Part shown: positions 35,337-48,257 of the stretch, piece by piece
Numbering within the stretch: the stretch's first letter is position 1
How the letters are laid out: each line of letters begins with the position of its first letter
Assembly: GCA_013239625.1 (NCBI GenBank)
Contig: MU053504.1
Span: forward strand, 1,614,001-1,674,000
Source: Lama guanicoe
Taxonomy: Eukaryota
Length of the DNA: 60,000 bases
Direction: 5' to 3'
Position numbers and translations under genes: made by a program
Notes under the pieces: model-generated
Database searches by the model: none
What the model was told of the DNA's origin: nothing
The model's input: only the letters and a program-made list of their open reading frames with translations

Positions 35337-38159
35337 AAGTCCCTAGGGTTTTAGAACCTGTACACAAACCACCCAAACATCGCTGGTCTGAAACCATAAA
35401 TACTTATTACTGCTCAGGAGTCTCTGGGTCTCCTGGATGATTCTTCTGCTCCTGGCTGGGCTCATTCGTGGCACGTGGTCAGCTGTGGGTCAGATTAGCT
35501 GTGTGGCCAATGGACTCTTCCTGAACTCATATTTCTTCTCAGGCCGTACTGTGATCTCATGGAGAGTCTGACATGTCCGGCTGACCTAAGATGAAAAAAT
35601 GGAGTCCAGCTTTCAGACGGCTCATATCCAGATGGCCGATAACTGTGGTGTTGCAGTCTTGCTTGAGTGGCCCTGAAGGACAGTAAAGAGATGAATTTCT
35701 CCAGCTGGCAGTACTTGAGAAATTACATCACAACCACTTAAACTGGAATTCGAGAACCTTAGGGACAGATAAGTAGCCAATGATTTGGCTGCATAAGGGA
35801 CTTGGGATTTAGCAGGAATATAATGCGAGCTTGTGGAAAAGTATGTGGATTGACCTTGCAGAATGGACCTAAAATTGGAGACTATTTGTAGAATATTTGT
35901 GGAAGCTCACCAAAAGGACTGACTGCAGCGGTGGCTGTAATCAGGGAAACAAGGTGACTTGTGCATGTCAGACATCCTCCAGCCCCACCCACCCCAATTC
36001 TTGCTCATTGGGCTCATGAACAAAGTAGTCATGGTGGCAGGGGTTGAGGCTGTGTGTGGGCTCAACCACACGGACTTCCCCTCACCAAAGCTAACCTGGC
36101 TACCAGCACTGCTGAGAATCTAACCCACCAACAGCAGAGACCAAGTTGGGCACCATTCCCCGGCGCCCAGCCAGTCACTGACCACCCCATCCTTCACAGA
36201 CACACTGAATGCCTCATACAGCATGATGGATATCCTGCCAAACCGCTTTTGACCAAAGAACTCTCTTTGTAGGAAAAGAAGTTCAGTGGATTCTCTGGTC
36301 TTGCCATGCATTCATTCATCAGAAGCAGCTGGCCTCAGGGAACAAGAGAACAGCCTATTGAAGACGGAGTTATGGTGCTGGCTCAGGGACAACACTGTGG
36401 GGTGGGTTATTTTCTGAATCTGCAACCAATGTATGGGGCCGTGTCCCCATATGCAGTGGTTTGGGAAAGAATGGTTAGCCTCAACAAAGAAAATTCATCA
36501 ACAGTACTGAGACTAGCTGAAATTAAAAACTTCTCACTCTTTGTAGCTGTCAGATTTCCATTAGCAGTGCTCAGTCGCTCTGGCATAAGACTAGAGAAGG
36601 CAGTTTCAGCATTGAAGACCGAGGTTGTGTGGGACAGCTTTATGCACCATCTCAAAATCCTCTCAGCCCTACTCTTCCTCCAGCCACCGCTGAGGGACCA
36701 CTCCTAGCCAGCTTGACCGACTGGCTCTGCACCAAGACCTTCAGGCAGCACTTCACGTAGGTGGAGGTGGTACTGCTCACCTCTTAAACAGCTCATCAGA
36801 CACTTACCATATGAGCCAGCAATTCTACTCATCGGTAAGAGAAATGAAGAGATACATCCATGCAAAGACTTGTACACAAATATTCATAGCAAGAGTATTA
36901 TAATAGCCAAAACTAGAAATAATTAAATGTCCATCAGTGATGAATGAGCAAACAAAATGTGATCCATCCTTGGACTACTTCTCAGCAATACAGAGGAACA
37001 AACTGCTGATACACACAATCACTCGGATAAACCTCAACAACACTATGGCACGTGAAAGAAGCCAGGTCCCAAAGTTTACATACCGAACGGTTCCATGTGT
37101 CAGAACTTCCTACAAAGCGTGAATCGATATAGTGGTTTCCTGGGGCTGGGCGTGGGAGCAGAGAATAATGGCAAACAGGCATGAGGGACTTTTTCTCGGG
37201 ATGGAAGTGGTCTAAAACTGGATTGTGGTGATGGTTGCACAACTGTTTATTAAAAATCATCAAACCGTGCTCTTATGATGGTGGAATTTTATGCTCCATA
37301 AATTATGCCTTGTTGAAATGTTTTAAATAAAGAAGCTCAGCTTTAATATCAAGCAGCATTTGGCACAGCTGATCATTTCCTCCTTCTTGAAATCCTGTCT
37401 TCACTTCATACTCTTGTTTTCTCCGACTTTACCAAGGGTTCAGTCCACTCCCCCTAAGTGATCTTGCCTGTGCCTTTCAATATCGGTACTGATGATTTCC
37501 AAATTTATATGTCTGCAGCCTGGCCCTCTCTCCTGAACTCCAGACTCTTAAATCCAAATGCCTGCTCATGGTCTCCTTTGAATGTGTGATGGGTGTCCCA
37601 AACGTCATATGTCTACACTGAGCACTGCCCTCCCCAACCCAAATCCGTACCACCCTCTGGGTCCCCATCCCAGCTGATGGCAGCTCCGCTCTTCCCTGTG
37701 CTCAGGCCAAAAGCCTTGGAGTCATCTTTTACTCCTCTTTTTCTCTCCCGCCCACATCCAACCCATCAGCAAACCTTAATTGGCACCTCCCACTAAATAC
37801 ACCCAGAACTGGGCCACTTCTCCCCTGATGCACCACACCACTGTGGTCCAGTCTGCTATCATCCCTCACAGGGATTGCTGCAGTAGCCTCCTCTTCCCTG
37901 CTCCCACCTTTTTCCCATGGCCTTTTCACAACACAGTATCCAAAGTGGTGCTAATAACATGTTAACTCAATCTCATTACTCCTCTGCTCAGAACCCTCTC
38001 TGGTTCCCCATTTCACTTGGCTTGATGTGACCCCATCCCATGTGACCATTCTGACCTCAGGACTTCAGTCACAGCTCCAGTCCCACTGGCCTCCTTGCTG
38101 TTCCTCGAACATGCTGGGTATTCTCACCTCAGGACCTTTGCACTTACTCTTCCCCCACC

Positions 38160-38693
38160 TCTAGAATTCTAAAGCAGCCCCTGATTTCCATACCTTTGTG
38201 TAATCTCCTCCTGTTGCATGTGGGTAGGACTTTCTTCTTCTATGGCAAAAGTGTTGGGGGATCACTCCCATGATTATACTACATCATATAGTAGAGGTAA
38301 AAGGATAATTAAAGGCCCAAGTATCCAAATTAGTCAGTTTTATTTTAAATTAGGATGATGATCCTGGTGGACCTGGCCTAATCAGGTGAGCCCTTTAAAA
38401 AGAGGTTTCCCTTCACGCTGAGACTTGAAGCACTTGAGACTGTTTCTCTCTGTTGCCGGCCTTGAAGAAGCAAACCGCCATCAGTTCTACAGCTTCAAGG
38501 AGATGCAGTCTGCCAACAATTTCCCAGGCTCCAGAAAGAAATGCAGCCTGGCTGACATCTTGACTGCAGCCCTGTGAGCACTGAGCAGAGGACCCAGCTG
38601 AGCCGTGGCCAGACCCACAGGAACTGTGGGATAAGAAGTGGATATTATATCAAGCTGTTACATTTGTGTGACATAGCAATGGAAAACTAGTCC
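38160..38693 (+). mobile_element. MaLR (MLT1-type) solo LTR
   Basis: GCAGCCTGGCTGACATCTTGACTGCAGCC..CTGAGCAGAGGACCCAGCT..CATAGCAATGGAAAACTA typical MLT1 3' half. Confidence 0.65.
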
Positions 38694-38869
38694 ACCCTCA
38701 GATAGCCACATGACTTCTTTCCTTGCCTCCTTCAAGTGTCAGTTGTCACCTTCACAAACAGGCCCAGACTGAGCACCCTCAGGAAAACTGCACCGTGTCC
38801 CCACCTTTTCCTCCCTAGCACTTACTGCCTCCTAACCTGTTGAAATGTGTTTATTGGGTTTTTTAAAAT

Positions 38870-38996
38870 TAATTTATTTTTTGGAGCGGGAGATAATTAG
38901 GTTTTTGTTTTTGCTTTAACAAAGATACTGGGGATTGAACCCAGGACCTGATGCATGCCAAGCATGCAATCTACCACTGAGCTATACCCTCCCTCC
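38870..38996 (-). mobile_element. tRNA-derived SINE (camelid vic-1-like)
   Basis: GGGATTGAACCCAGGACC..CTACCACTGAGCTATACCC on + strand. Confidence 0.8.
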
Positions 38997-39387
38997 TTGA
39001 AATTATTGTTTAATGCTTCTCCCCCTCCACTAGAATATAAAGTCCCTGAGGGCTGGGACTTCTGTCTGTCTGGTTCACTGGTATTTCCAAGCATCTGGCC
39101 TGCCTGGTGCATCTTCAGATGACAGCTGTTGAACGGATGAAGGAATGCTGGCCCTGGGTGGTCATTACGCTAAGGTAATCTATGTGCATGTATTAACCAG
39201 GGTGAGGTCAGTGTGCCCACGGGACGGGCGAAAGGCCTTCTGAGGCTGCCTCCAGGATCAAGCCCTTGGCCTTCTAGCTTGGCAATACCAATGAGCTGAT
39301 TTAGGTGAGAAACAAAACCAGCTGCTGACTGGTAGTCCAGGTCCGCCTGACCTGCTCCTAGGGGTGACAATGACCTCATTTCTTCCT

Positions 39388-39790
39388 ATTGCGAGTTGGG
39401 TTCCCCAGGGAGCGGACTGAGACGGAGTTTAACACACAGGATGCTTATTACCAAGGGTCCTTGGCACCCACGCCTATGGGAGGGAGGAGGGCAGAAACAG
39501 GACTAGGCAAAGGTAGAACTTCCCATGTAGGCCTCAGTTGACTCTACAGGGAGGTCCGGAGCTGAAACAGTCCATCAAAGTTGTCCAGCATTGGGCCAAA
39601 CTGGACCAGTCATTGGATGTGGGCCACTAGAGAAGGGTGTGACCTTGGCTCAGGTGGCTCTCTGTAGCTGAGGCAGGCCCTGGATGAGCTGTCAGGCAAA
39701 GGCTGTCTGCTGACCACTCTCTCAGCAGCTGGGTGGCAAGTCCTTTTTTGAAGGAAGATCCCTGCTGAGCACCTCCCTGTTCATGACCAC
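39388..39790. mobile_element. Old ERV-L-class LTR (LTR16-like) ~1 kb upstream of OXT
   Basis: GGGTTCCCC..GGACTGAGACGGAGTT start; CAGTCATTGGATGTGGGC..GGGTGTGACCTTGG core; recognition only. Confidence 0.45.
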
Positions 39791-40613
39791 ACTGACCAAC
39801 ACCCCTTCCACTGAGGTAGTCTGTCTTTCTTTTATTTTTCATTATTTTCATTTGGAGATACCGTACATTAAAAATGGGGGGGGAACGCCAAGAAATCATT
39901 GTTTTTAAATGCATAAAATGAAAGATATGGAATTACAAAAGAAACCAGTTATATTTATGATCAAGCATCAAAATAGTAACACATTTGTGATACTGTCATA
40001 AATGTGCTCCATTATTTAAAGCATCAGATAACAAGATCGAGTGGAGGTCCAATAACTGCCGTAATGTCAAAGTGATGAGTCTGATTTTTAGAGACATTTG
40101 CAACAGCTGTAATGGGATAGGAGAAGATCTGTCATTTTCATTTGTGACAAAGCCATAGGGATTGCAGATTCCACCGTGGTTTCTTGCCTCCTTCACAGTT
40201 AAAGGAAAGGCTGAATTTCAGTTAGAAGTGAGAGAAAATAAAATCTTTTCCTATCCGAGTTCCAGGTGCAAGGAAGTGGATGCTGTTGTTGGGAGTGGGG
40301 GCAGGGTTCCAGGAAATTTGGGTTCAGGAGGAGGAGAGCTTCCTTGCAGAGGAGAACTGGGACGCGCCTGTGGCTGGCCAAGGGGGCAGATGGGGAGTCC
40401 CTTCTGGCCTGGAGCGGCCCAAGTGTCCTCCCTGACCCCTCCCCCAAAGGTATTGGGAGTGGACTACATAGTTCTTGGTTGGGCCACCGCGCCCCCCATA
40501 CTCCCTATTCCACCCTAGGACCCAGGCCACCGCATCGCTCCCATCCTCGAGCAGCTTCCTTCGCCCAGCGGCACTCGCTATCATCACCGGTCCATTAGCC
40601 ATTAGCCCGATGC

Positions 40614-40626
40614 GGTGACCTTGACC
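40614..40626 (+). promoter_or_regulatory. OXT composite hormone response element GGTGACCTTGACC
   Basis: Exact match to the known element at about -160 in the human and rat OXT promoters; further TGACC half-sites near 40674 and 40694. Confidence 0.85.
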
Positions 40627-40748
40627 CGGGCGTGGCCGCTGCAAATGAGTGGGCGCGCCGGGGGCGCAGGGCTTGACCCGCAGCGGCCCGCTGTGACCAG
40701 CCATGCGGCGGCCCTCTTAGACACGGCTCCGCCGGCGCGGCCCCCGGG

Positions 40749-40755
40749 CATAAAA
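40749..40755 (+). promoter_or_regulatory. OXT TATA-like box (CATAAAA)
   Basis: ~60 bp upstream of the ATG, as in other OXT genes. Confidence 0.75.
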
Positions 40756-40812
40756 CGCCGGGCCGCAGAGACCGTGGCAGTCGCCGGACCCCGGACCCAG
40801 CGCACCCACACC

Positions 40813-40932
40813 ATGGCCGGCCTCAGCCTCGCCTGCTGCCTGCTCGGCCTCCTGGCGCTGACCTCCGCCTGCTACATCCAGAACTGCCCCTTGGGCGGCA
40901 AGAGGGCCGCGCTGGACCTCGACGTGCGCCAG
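40813..40932 (+). CDS. OXT: Oxytocin-neurophysin 1 exon 1; oxytocin nonapeptide at 40870-40896
   Basis: [40 protein letters not shown]; donor CAG|gtgagc. Confidence 0.98.
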
Positions 40933-40990
40933 GTGAGCTCTGGTCCCGCGGCCCCCGCCGCTCCCTTCCCCCCGCCGGCTCCCCAGAGAG

Positions 40991-41344
40991 CTGAGTGGCT
41001 TTTGATTCCCCCTCTTCCACCGCTGTTGGGGGCGCAAACAGCACCAGGAAGACCCCAACCTCGGGCGCTCCTCCGTTCCGCCCTCCCCCGCCCGGCTCCG
41101 CATCCCCCACCTCTCGGGGTCTCCCGACCCAGCCCGGCCCCCTCCCCTGTCCCCGGCTCACCCCCGCCCTCCCGCCAGTGCCTCCCCTGCGGCCCCGGGG
41201 GCAAAGGCCGCTGCTTCGGGCCCAGCATCTGCTGCGCGGACGAGCTGGGCTGCTTCGTGGGCACGGCCGAGGCGCTGCGCTGCCAGGAGGAGAACTACCT
41301 GCCGTCGCCCTGCCAGTCCGGCCAGAAGCCGTGCGGGAGCGGGG
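40991..41344. repeat. Left arm of OXT/AVP inverted homology (partner 50054-50405)
   Basis: Manual alignment: 41110-41344 is identical to the reverse complement of the AVP intron 1/exon 2 segment; a further ~120 bp is highly similar. Confidence 0.93.
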
Positions 41345-41380
41345 GCCGCTGCGCCGCCGCCGGCATCTGCTGCAGCCCCG
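41179..41380 (+). CDS. OXT: OXT exon 2 (neurophysin I core)
   Basis: gccag|TGC..CCC G|gtgagt; canonical 202 bp; [67 protein letters not shown]. Confidence 0.98.
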
Positions 41381-41474
41381 GTGAGTGGGGCCGGGCCGGC
41401 GGGGACCGGGGCCGGGGGCCCGGGACGACGTGCGGCGGGCCGGGGCGGCGCTGACCTGGCGTCTCTCCCCGCAG

Positions 41475-41530
41475 ACGGCTGCCGCGCCGAGCCCGCCTGC
41501 GACCCCGAGGCCGCCTTCTCCCAGCACTGA
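41475..41530 (+). CDS. OXT: OXT exon 3
   Basis: cgcag|AC GGC..CAC TGA; (D)GCRAEPACDPEAAFSQH*; total 125 aa. Confidence 0.97.
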
Positions 41531-41568
41531 GACCCCTCCACAGCCACCCCCAGGAATTATGAAAATGA

Positions 41569-41574
41569 AATAAA
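41569..41574 (+). terminator. OXT polyadenylation signal
   Basis: AATAAA 39 bp after the stop codon. Confidence 0.85.
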
Positions 41575-44500
41575 GCAGATTTCCGCTCCAACTCGACTGG
41601 CGTCTAAGTGTCAGAACTGGGAGGGGAGGGCCCTGACGGAGTCAAAGATCGCGGCGGGACTCGGCGCGGCCGAGGGCAGAAGAGGGAGGAGGGCCTGCGG
41701 TTCCCGCGGCGTCGTCCTGTAGGGGAGAGGGAGGAGGGGACCGTGCGGCCGGCCCCCAGGGAGATGGAACAGACCCTGGCTTCCCGCTCCAAACAGAGCT
41801 AGGGGCCCACAGCAGGCGGGACTTGCTCCAAAGGTCCAAAGCCACAGGGTGGGACCAGCAAACCGAGATAAGGGTCTACCAGGGGACCAGAGGAAGGGAA
41901 GGCGGTCAGTGGATAGTGAAAGTCTTCCTGACATTGGGAAGAAGGCTTGAGACACACCCGAGGGCTGGCCTGCGGGAGGGGAGCTTGGCTGGGGCAGCTG
42001 AAGGGCCTTCAGCTTTCCAGGGAGCTGGAGTCTCAGGCCAGAGGAGGCCACTGGTACTCTCAGAAGAGGTGCCCAAGCTGGGGGAGCTGGGCTGGAGGAC
42101 CAGCACCTCCCTCTAAGGAGGCTCAGGGTCCCCAGTGTCGGGCTGAACCACACAGTGATGAGCGGGACAGCACCGGAGACTGCAGGACCGGGGTTCCCCG
42201 GAGCCCACGGCCACAGGAATGACCGCAAAATGTAAAAGACACGAACAGAGAGACTCACACAACCTATGTTTCTCATCCTTTCCTGGATCAAAGACCATTT
42301 GAGGGAATCTATAAAAGCCTAATCTGTTTCCCCCAAAACATCCCCCCCGATTCACTCACTCCTGCTGTGGGACAAGCAGTTTCAGAAGGTCCACGCCCAC
42401 ACTCCCACTCCAAATAAAACAGAGCAATCACCATCTCTTAGCAATCTTTGAACATTATTTCTGTGGCTTTCTCCCACACTGGAGCAACGAGGACTCACTC
42501 AGCGGCCCCTCACCCCCACAGCAGTGTGTATCTCACAGAGCGGAGAAAGAAAAAATATGCTAAAGAGGACTGTAAGGTTTTCTTTATATAAATTACAAAA
42601 ACAGGCAAAACTAAGCTATGGTGCTAGAGGTCTTAGGTGTGGTAGTGGCTGGAAGAGGGTGAGGAGATGCCGGGGTGCTGATCATATTTGGTTTCTTGGC
42701 CTGGGAGCTGGTAAAACCAGTGTGTTTCATTTATGAAAATTTGTTCAAATTGCACACATGTGATTTGTTCACTTTTGTATGTATTCTTTTAATGAAGAAA
42801 AGGTCATTATTATTAAGAGCTATGAAGAGAATAGCAGTGAGGCTCTTGAAAGCCCTGATGGTCAATAGCAACCCAGACTGTGGTTCTTGATGAGGCTGTG
42901 AGAACAGGTCCCTCCTCTGACTCAGCACCTGGAGCAAGACATAACTGAAGGCCAAGTCCCGTTTAGATCAACTATGAGGGAGTATGCGATACATATAAAT
43001 GGGTATTTGAGGACCATGTCAAAGTTCTGTGGCCCCTCAGAAACCACACAGATGGAGAGGGAAGCAACTAGAAGGCACCACGCTATTTAACTAGAGAGAC
43101 ACACGGTTAGGGACTTGTGCATTTCCAAGCTTGGGCCACATCAGCAGGAAGTCCAGGATTTCCCTGGAACCTCACTCTCTGAGTGCCCTGCAGCCCCAGA
43201 GGCTTACACAGAGCAGAGCCATGTCAGCCCAGGTCTCCCCACCTGGAGAGAGAGTTCAGGCACCCCTCACCTCTCCAGTGTTTTCTTTTCCAGCCTCAAA
43301 ATCACAGGGTCAGATTGGCACCTCTTTTCCAGGAGAAGTTCCAAAGGTGGCATCAGGCTGGGTCTGGTGAGAAGGAGGAGCCGGGAGAGCTGCCCAGGGA
43401 ATGTGTGCCGAGTGAAGCCGCTGGAGCGCCGGACGGTGCAAAGGCCAGCACGCTGCCTTCTTCACTCTGCCTCCTGGCTCAGCCCCGTGGCCTCTGTCCT
43501 CCTTGGAATGACTCCTTCAGTCCACCAAAGCGCTTGGGGCTTGTGCAGGGCAGTGGTTCTCAACTCTTTCCCTTTGTGTCACCAGCACTTAATGAACCCA
43601 CTTTACAACCAGGAAATGAAATTGCTAGATAAAATGCCTACCCACATGTAGTTTCAAAAAACAGAATTAGTCCTAGGAGTAATATAAAGAAAAGAAGAGT
43701 AATTTAGGACAAAGTAACACTATTTTACTATCTAAGTGAACAAGCACAGCTACACTGGCTGACATACACAGAATAAGGTCATCAGGTGATTATACTTGCT
43801 TATAACAAATACGGTGAAAAGAGATTGGAAGCCACCCTCTATAAGGAGGTCGGGAAAATAAGATGGTAGAAGTACCATGAGGATCAATATTCTGTTTTGT
43901 GCCTGAAAAAAAGATGGACTCAGGCGTCAATGAATCGCAAAGAGCGTATTCATGAACCATCTGGGGAAATTTGAATAATGCTTGAATATTTGATGATAAC
44001 AACATGTTGTTGAGTTTTGGTTTGGGGCGTACATGTGTGTGGTAATGGTATGTGGTCATGTTTTTAATAAAAGTCCCTATCATTTTAGGTGCACACTGGC
44101 ACGTTTACAGATGAGATGGTATGACAGCTGGGATAACTTGGGGTGGGAGGGGATAGTGGGGTAGAGATGAGAGAAGTAGTCATGTGCTGTTAACTATGGA
44201 AGCTCAGGAGGGGGCGGGCCCCTGAGGGGTCCTTGTCTAGTGGCTCTGTTTTTCTGTATATTTGAAACTTCCTGTCATAAAAGCTAAAAACAAAACGATT
44301 GTAGCTGAGATAAACGTTCCAATATGAAAAGAATGCCTCGCATTTACTTTGTTAAAAATGATGTGCATTAATATCTATGAATTATGCAATGATACTAACT
44401 TGTAAATTCAAAATGCATATGTGTGCATCCCAGAGATGAGCTCTTCACAGCTGCGAGAAACTTTAGGACAAAGCATTCCAGTCGGCAAACTGTAAACACC

Positions 44501-45959
44501 AACTGCTTCACCGAAAGTTTACTGCTGTGGTTTTTCTCTGTCTCTCTGTACCACTGAAGTCCTCAGGATGATATTGATGGGCAGCCATTTCAGTTTTCTG
44601 TAGGGTCTCTATCCATGGGGTCACTGAGTTTGTCCTGCTTCCATATCTACTAAATTTGGTATGATTTAGTTTTTAAAACTGGAATCCTGTGAAATTATAC
44701 CAAAAAATGCTCCCAGTATCGTAAAAGATGATTGTCCATGGGGCAGAGCTCAGGAACATTTTTTCCCTTTCCGGATATTTTCTTCCATGTAGAGGGGTTT
44801 CCCAGAGGTAACACTCCTCCCTGGGGAGAAAGGAGTAGCCGATGGGGGCAGGTGGTGAGAGGAAAGGAGTAGGCATAACCCCACCCCTTCCTCTCTGATT
44901 CCTCCTGGGGGCCGGCTGCCATCCCAGCAAGCACGTGCTGTCGCAGCACAAATGCAGGAGCTCAGCAGGAAAATGCTGGGAAGGTCCAGCTCCTGGTGCC
45001 TGGGATGGGAGACAGCTCAGACCTCTTATTTGGCTCTATGGCGCCTCCTTGCAGATATAAGTTGCATTCTCCAATATCCACTTTATCAATGAGAAAGGTA
45101 GTCTTCTGGCTTCCAAATGTCACATTCTTTTGTTTCATTTTTTAATTGTTTCAGGTATAGTTAACTAAGGTCAGGTTAGGCTGCCATAATAAAGACAAAT
45201 GGTAAAGAGACCTTAGGGGCTCAAAGAAGGTCAATGTTTATTTCCCTCTGTTCTACCTGTCCTAGGTGAGTCCTACTCCGAGCCTAGATTCCTGGCTCTG
45301 TTCCACTCCTTCACTTAGTAGGGACCCAGGTTTCTTCTGTCGTCCCTAGGCCTTGTCATTGTCTGCAATGTCAGAGGCCAAGACGCTGTAGAGTCCACTG
45401 GGTGGGAAGGGAGAGAGTGTGGAAGAGGCTCACTTACTGTCTTAAGACCCCAAGTTCACTATTCCTCTTACTCACATTTTATTGACAAGAATATGGTCAT
45501 ATGGATACACCTAAGTGCAAATAAGCTGGGAAATGTAGCTACAATTCTAATACTACACAATCCCAGTCAAACTCCCAGAAGGATTTTTGTGTGTGTGTGT
45601 GAAAATGGGAAAGGCACTAAAATAGCCAAATCAATTTTGAAAAAGAACAAAGTTGGAAGAGTTACACAACCTGACTTCCAGACTTACTACAAAGCTACCA
45701 CACTCAGGACAGGGTGACAGGGGAGAAAGGATAGATCTATAGATTAATGCGCCAGATTAGAGAGGCCAGAAAGAGACTCACATGTATATGGTCAAATGCT
45801 TTTGAGAAACTACAAAGACAATTGAATAGCAAAAGAACAGCCATTTCAATAAACAGTGCTGGAACAGAATAATATCCAGATGCAAAAAATGAATTTCATC
45901 ACTGGCAACCTACACAAAAATTAACTCAAAGTGGATCATAGCTCAAATTCTAATCTGTT

Positions 45960-47320
45960 TAAAACTTTGAAAGCATTGATGATTACCCATAAAGCCACTA
46001 TAAACATTCACGTACAGATTTTTATGTGATTATAGATATTCATTTCATTTGGATAACTATGTATTTATGGGATTGCCGGATTCGATGGTAATTGTAAGTT
46101 AAACTGTATGAGCAATTATGGAACCGTTTTCCAGAGTGGTTGAATGATTTTGCATCCTCATCAATAATATATGAGGGTTCCAGTTGCTCTGTATCCTGAT
46201 ATTGTCAGCCCTCCTTTTTTTAAGCCATTGAAATGGCTATCTCACTGTGGTTTTAACTTGCATTTTCTTGATGACTAATGATTGAACATCTTTACATGTT
46301 TTTATTTGCTATCTATATGTCCTATGTGTTTAAATAGGACATATTTATTAGGAAGTATCTGTTTAAATCTTTTGCTCGTTTAAAAAGTTGAGTCATTTTC
46401 CTATTACTAAATTTTGAGAAGGCGGTCTTTATGTAGTCTAGGTATAAGTCCTTTATGAGCTGCATGATTTGTAAATCTTTTCTCCCAGTCTGTTGCTTGT
46501 CTTTTCATTCTCTTAACAGTGTCCTTTCTTTTTTCTTTTTCTTTTATGGATCATGGGTTTTTTTTTAAATTTACTTTTGTTTTTATTGAAGTATAGTTAG
46601 TTTACAATGTCAGTTTCTGGTGTACAGCATAATGTTTCAGTCATACATATACATATATAGATTCATTTTCACATTCCCTTTTATTACAGGTTACTACAAG
46701 ATATTGAATATAGTTCCTTGTGCCAGTAGAAGTTCCAGTAGAAACTTGTTATCTATTTTATATATAGTAGTTCATGTCTGCAAATCTCCAACTCCCAATT
46801 TATCCCTTTCCACCCCCCTTTTCCCTTAGTACTCATAAGTTTGTTTTCTATGTCTGTGAGTCTGTTTCTGTTTTGTAAATAAGTTCATGTGCGTATTTTT
46901 TTTTAGATTCCATATATATATGATATCATATAGTATTTTCCTTTCTCTTTTTGGCTTATTCACTTAGAATGACGATCTCCAGGTCCATCCATGTTGCTGC
47001 AAGTGGCATTATTTTATTCTTTTTTATGGCTGAGTAGTATTCCATTAAATAAATGTACTACAACTTCTTTATCTAGTCATCTGTTGATGGACATTTAGAT
47101 TGTTTCCATGTCTTAGCCATTGTAACAGTGTCCTTTTAAAAGCAGAAGTTCTTAATTTTGGTGAATTCCAAATGTATCAAATTTCTTCTTTTACAAATCT
47201 GACTTTTGGTGTTAGAGCTAAGAAATTTTTTCATAACTCAAGGTCATAAAGAATTTCTCCTATATTTTCTTCAAGATGTTTTATAATTTTAGAACTTATA
47301 TTTAGATCTATGATCATTTT
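45960..47320 (-). mobile_element. Old L1 fragment containing a nested younger L1 3' end (46528-47122)
   Basis: Inner element bounded by a 14-bp TSD TAACAGTGTCCTTT (46514-46527, 47123-47136). Confidence 0.8.
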
Positions 47321-47500
47321 TTGTAAAACCAAGCTGCCTCTTCCTACCTCCCTCTGTCTGGAAGGATTACTAAATTCCCATTAGATCTGGTCCTGTGTGC
47401 CAGGTTTTCCCAGACTGGCCCTGAGTGGGCCACACTAGGGCAGAGTCAGGAGGCCAAGTCAGGGAGAGAAGCCAGTGTGGGCCCTGTTCCGGCCAGTCTC

Positions 47501-48257
47501 GTATTTATGTTTTTTTTGTTTTTTTAGATTCCACATATGAGCAATCTCCCATGTATTTTTCTTTCTCTTTTTGGCTTACTTCACTTAGAATGACATTCTC
47601 CAGGGACATCCATGTTGCTGCAATTGGCGTTATGTTGTCATTTTTATGGCTGAATAGTATTCTATTCCACATCTTCTTTATCCAGTCATCTGTTGATGGA
47701 CATTTAGGCTGTTTCCATGTCATGGCTATTGTAAATAGTGCTGCTGTGAACATTGGGGTGCAGGCGTCTTTTTGAAGTAGGGTTCCTTCTGGATATATGC
47801 CCAGGAGCGGGATTCCTGGGTCATATGGTAAGTCTATTCCTAGTCTTTTGAGGAATCTCCATGCTGTTTTCCACAGTGGCTGCACCAAACTGCATTCCCA
47901 CTAGCAGTGAAGGAGGGTTCCCTTTTCTCCACAGCCTCTCCAGCATTTGTCATTTGTGGACTTTTGAATGATGGCCATTCTGACTAGTGTGAGGTGATAC
48001 CTCATTGTAGTTTTGATTTGCATTTCTCTGATAATTAGTGATATTGAGCATTTTTTCATGTGCCTATTGATCATTTGTACGTCTTCCTTGGAGAATTGCT
48101 TGTTAGCTCTTCTGCCCATTTTTGGATTGGGTTGTTTGTTTTATTCTTAGTATGTCGTATAAGCTGCTTATATATTCTGGAGATCAACCTTTTGTCAGTT
48201 TCATTGTTTGCAAAAATTTTCTCCCATTCTGTAGGTTGTTGTTTTGTTTTACTTATG
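47501..48257 (-). mobile_element. Relatively young L1 ORF2 C-terminal fragment
   Basis: [39 protein letters not shown] and [36 protein letters not shown]. Confidence 0.92.

Larger units (their letters stand above)
33400..36450 (+). mobile_element. Degenerate ERV-L internal (pro/pol/integrase) relic interrupted by L1, SINE and LTR pieces
   Basis: QASLPFRPYDPADPHVL (cf. LPLGPYDPADPMVL) and WAHEQSSHGG..WAQPHGLPLTKANLATSTAE..QQQRP (ERV-L integrase zinc-finger region). Confidence 0.7.

Noticed and set aside
40717..41591. Antisense and alternative-frame ORFs over OXT (likewise over AVP and MRPS26)
   Set aside because: Shadow ORFs caused by extreme GC content; no independent evidence of coding.
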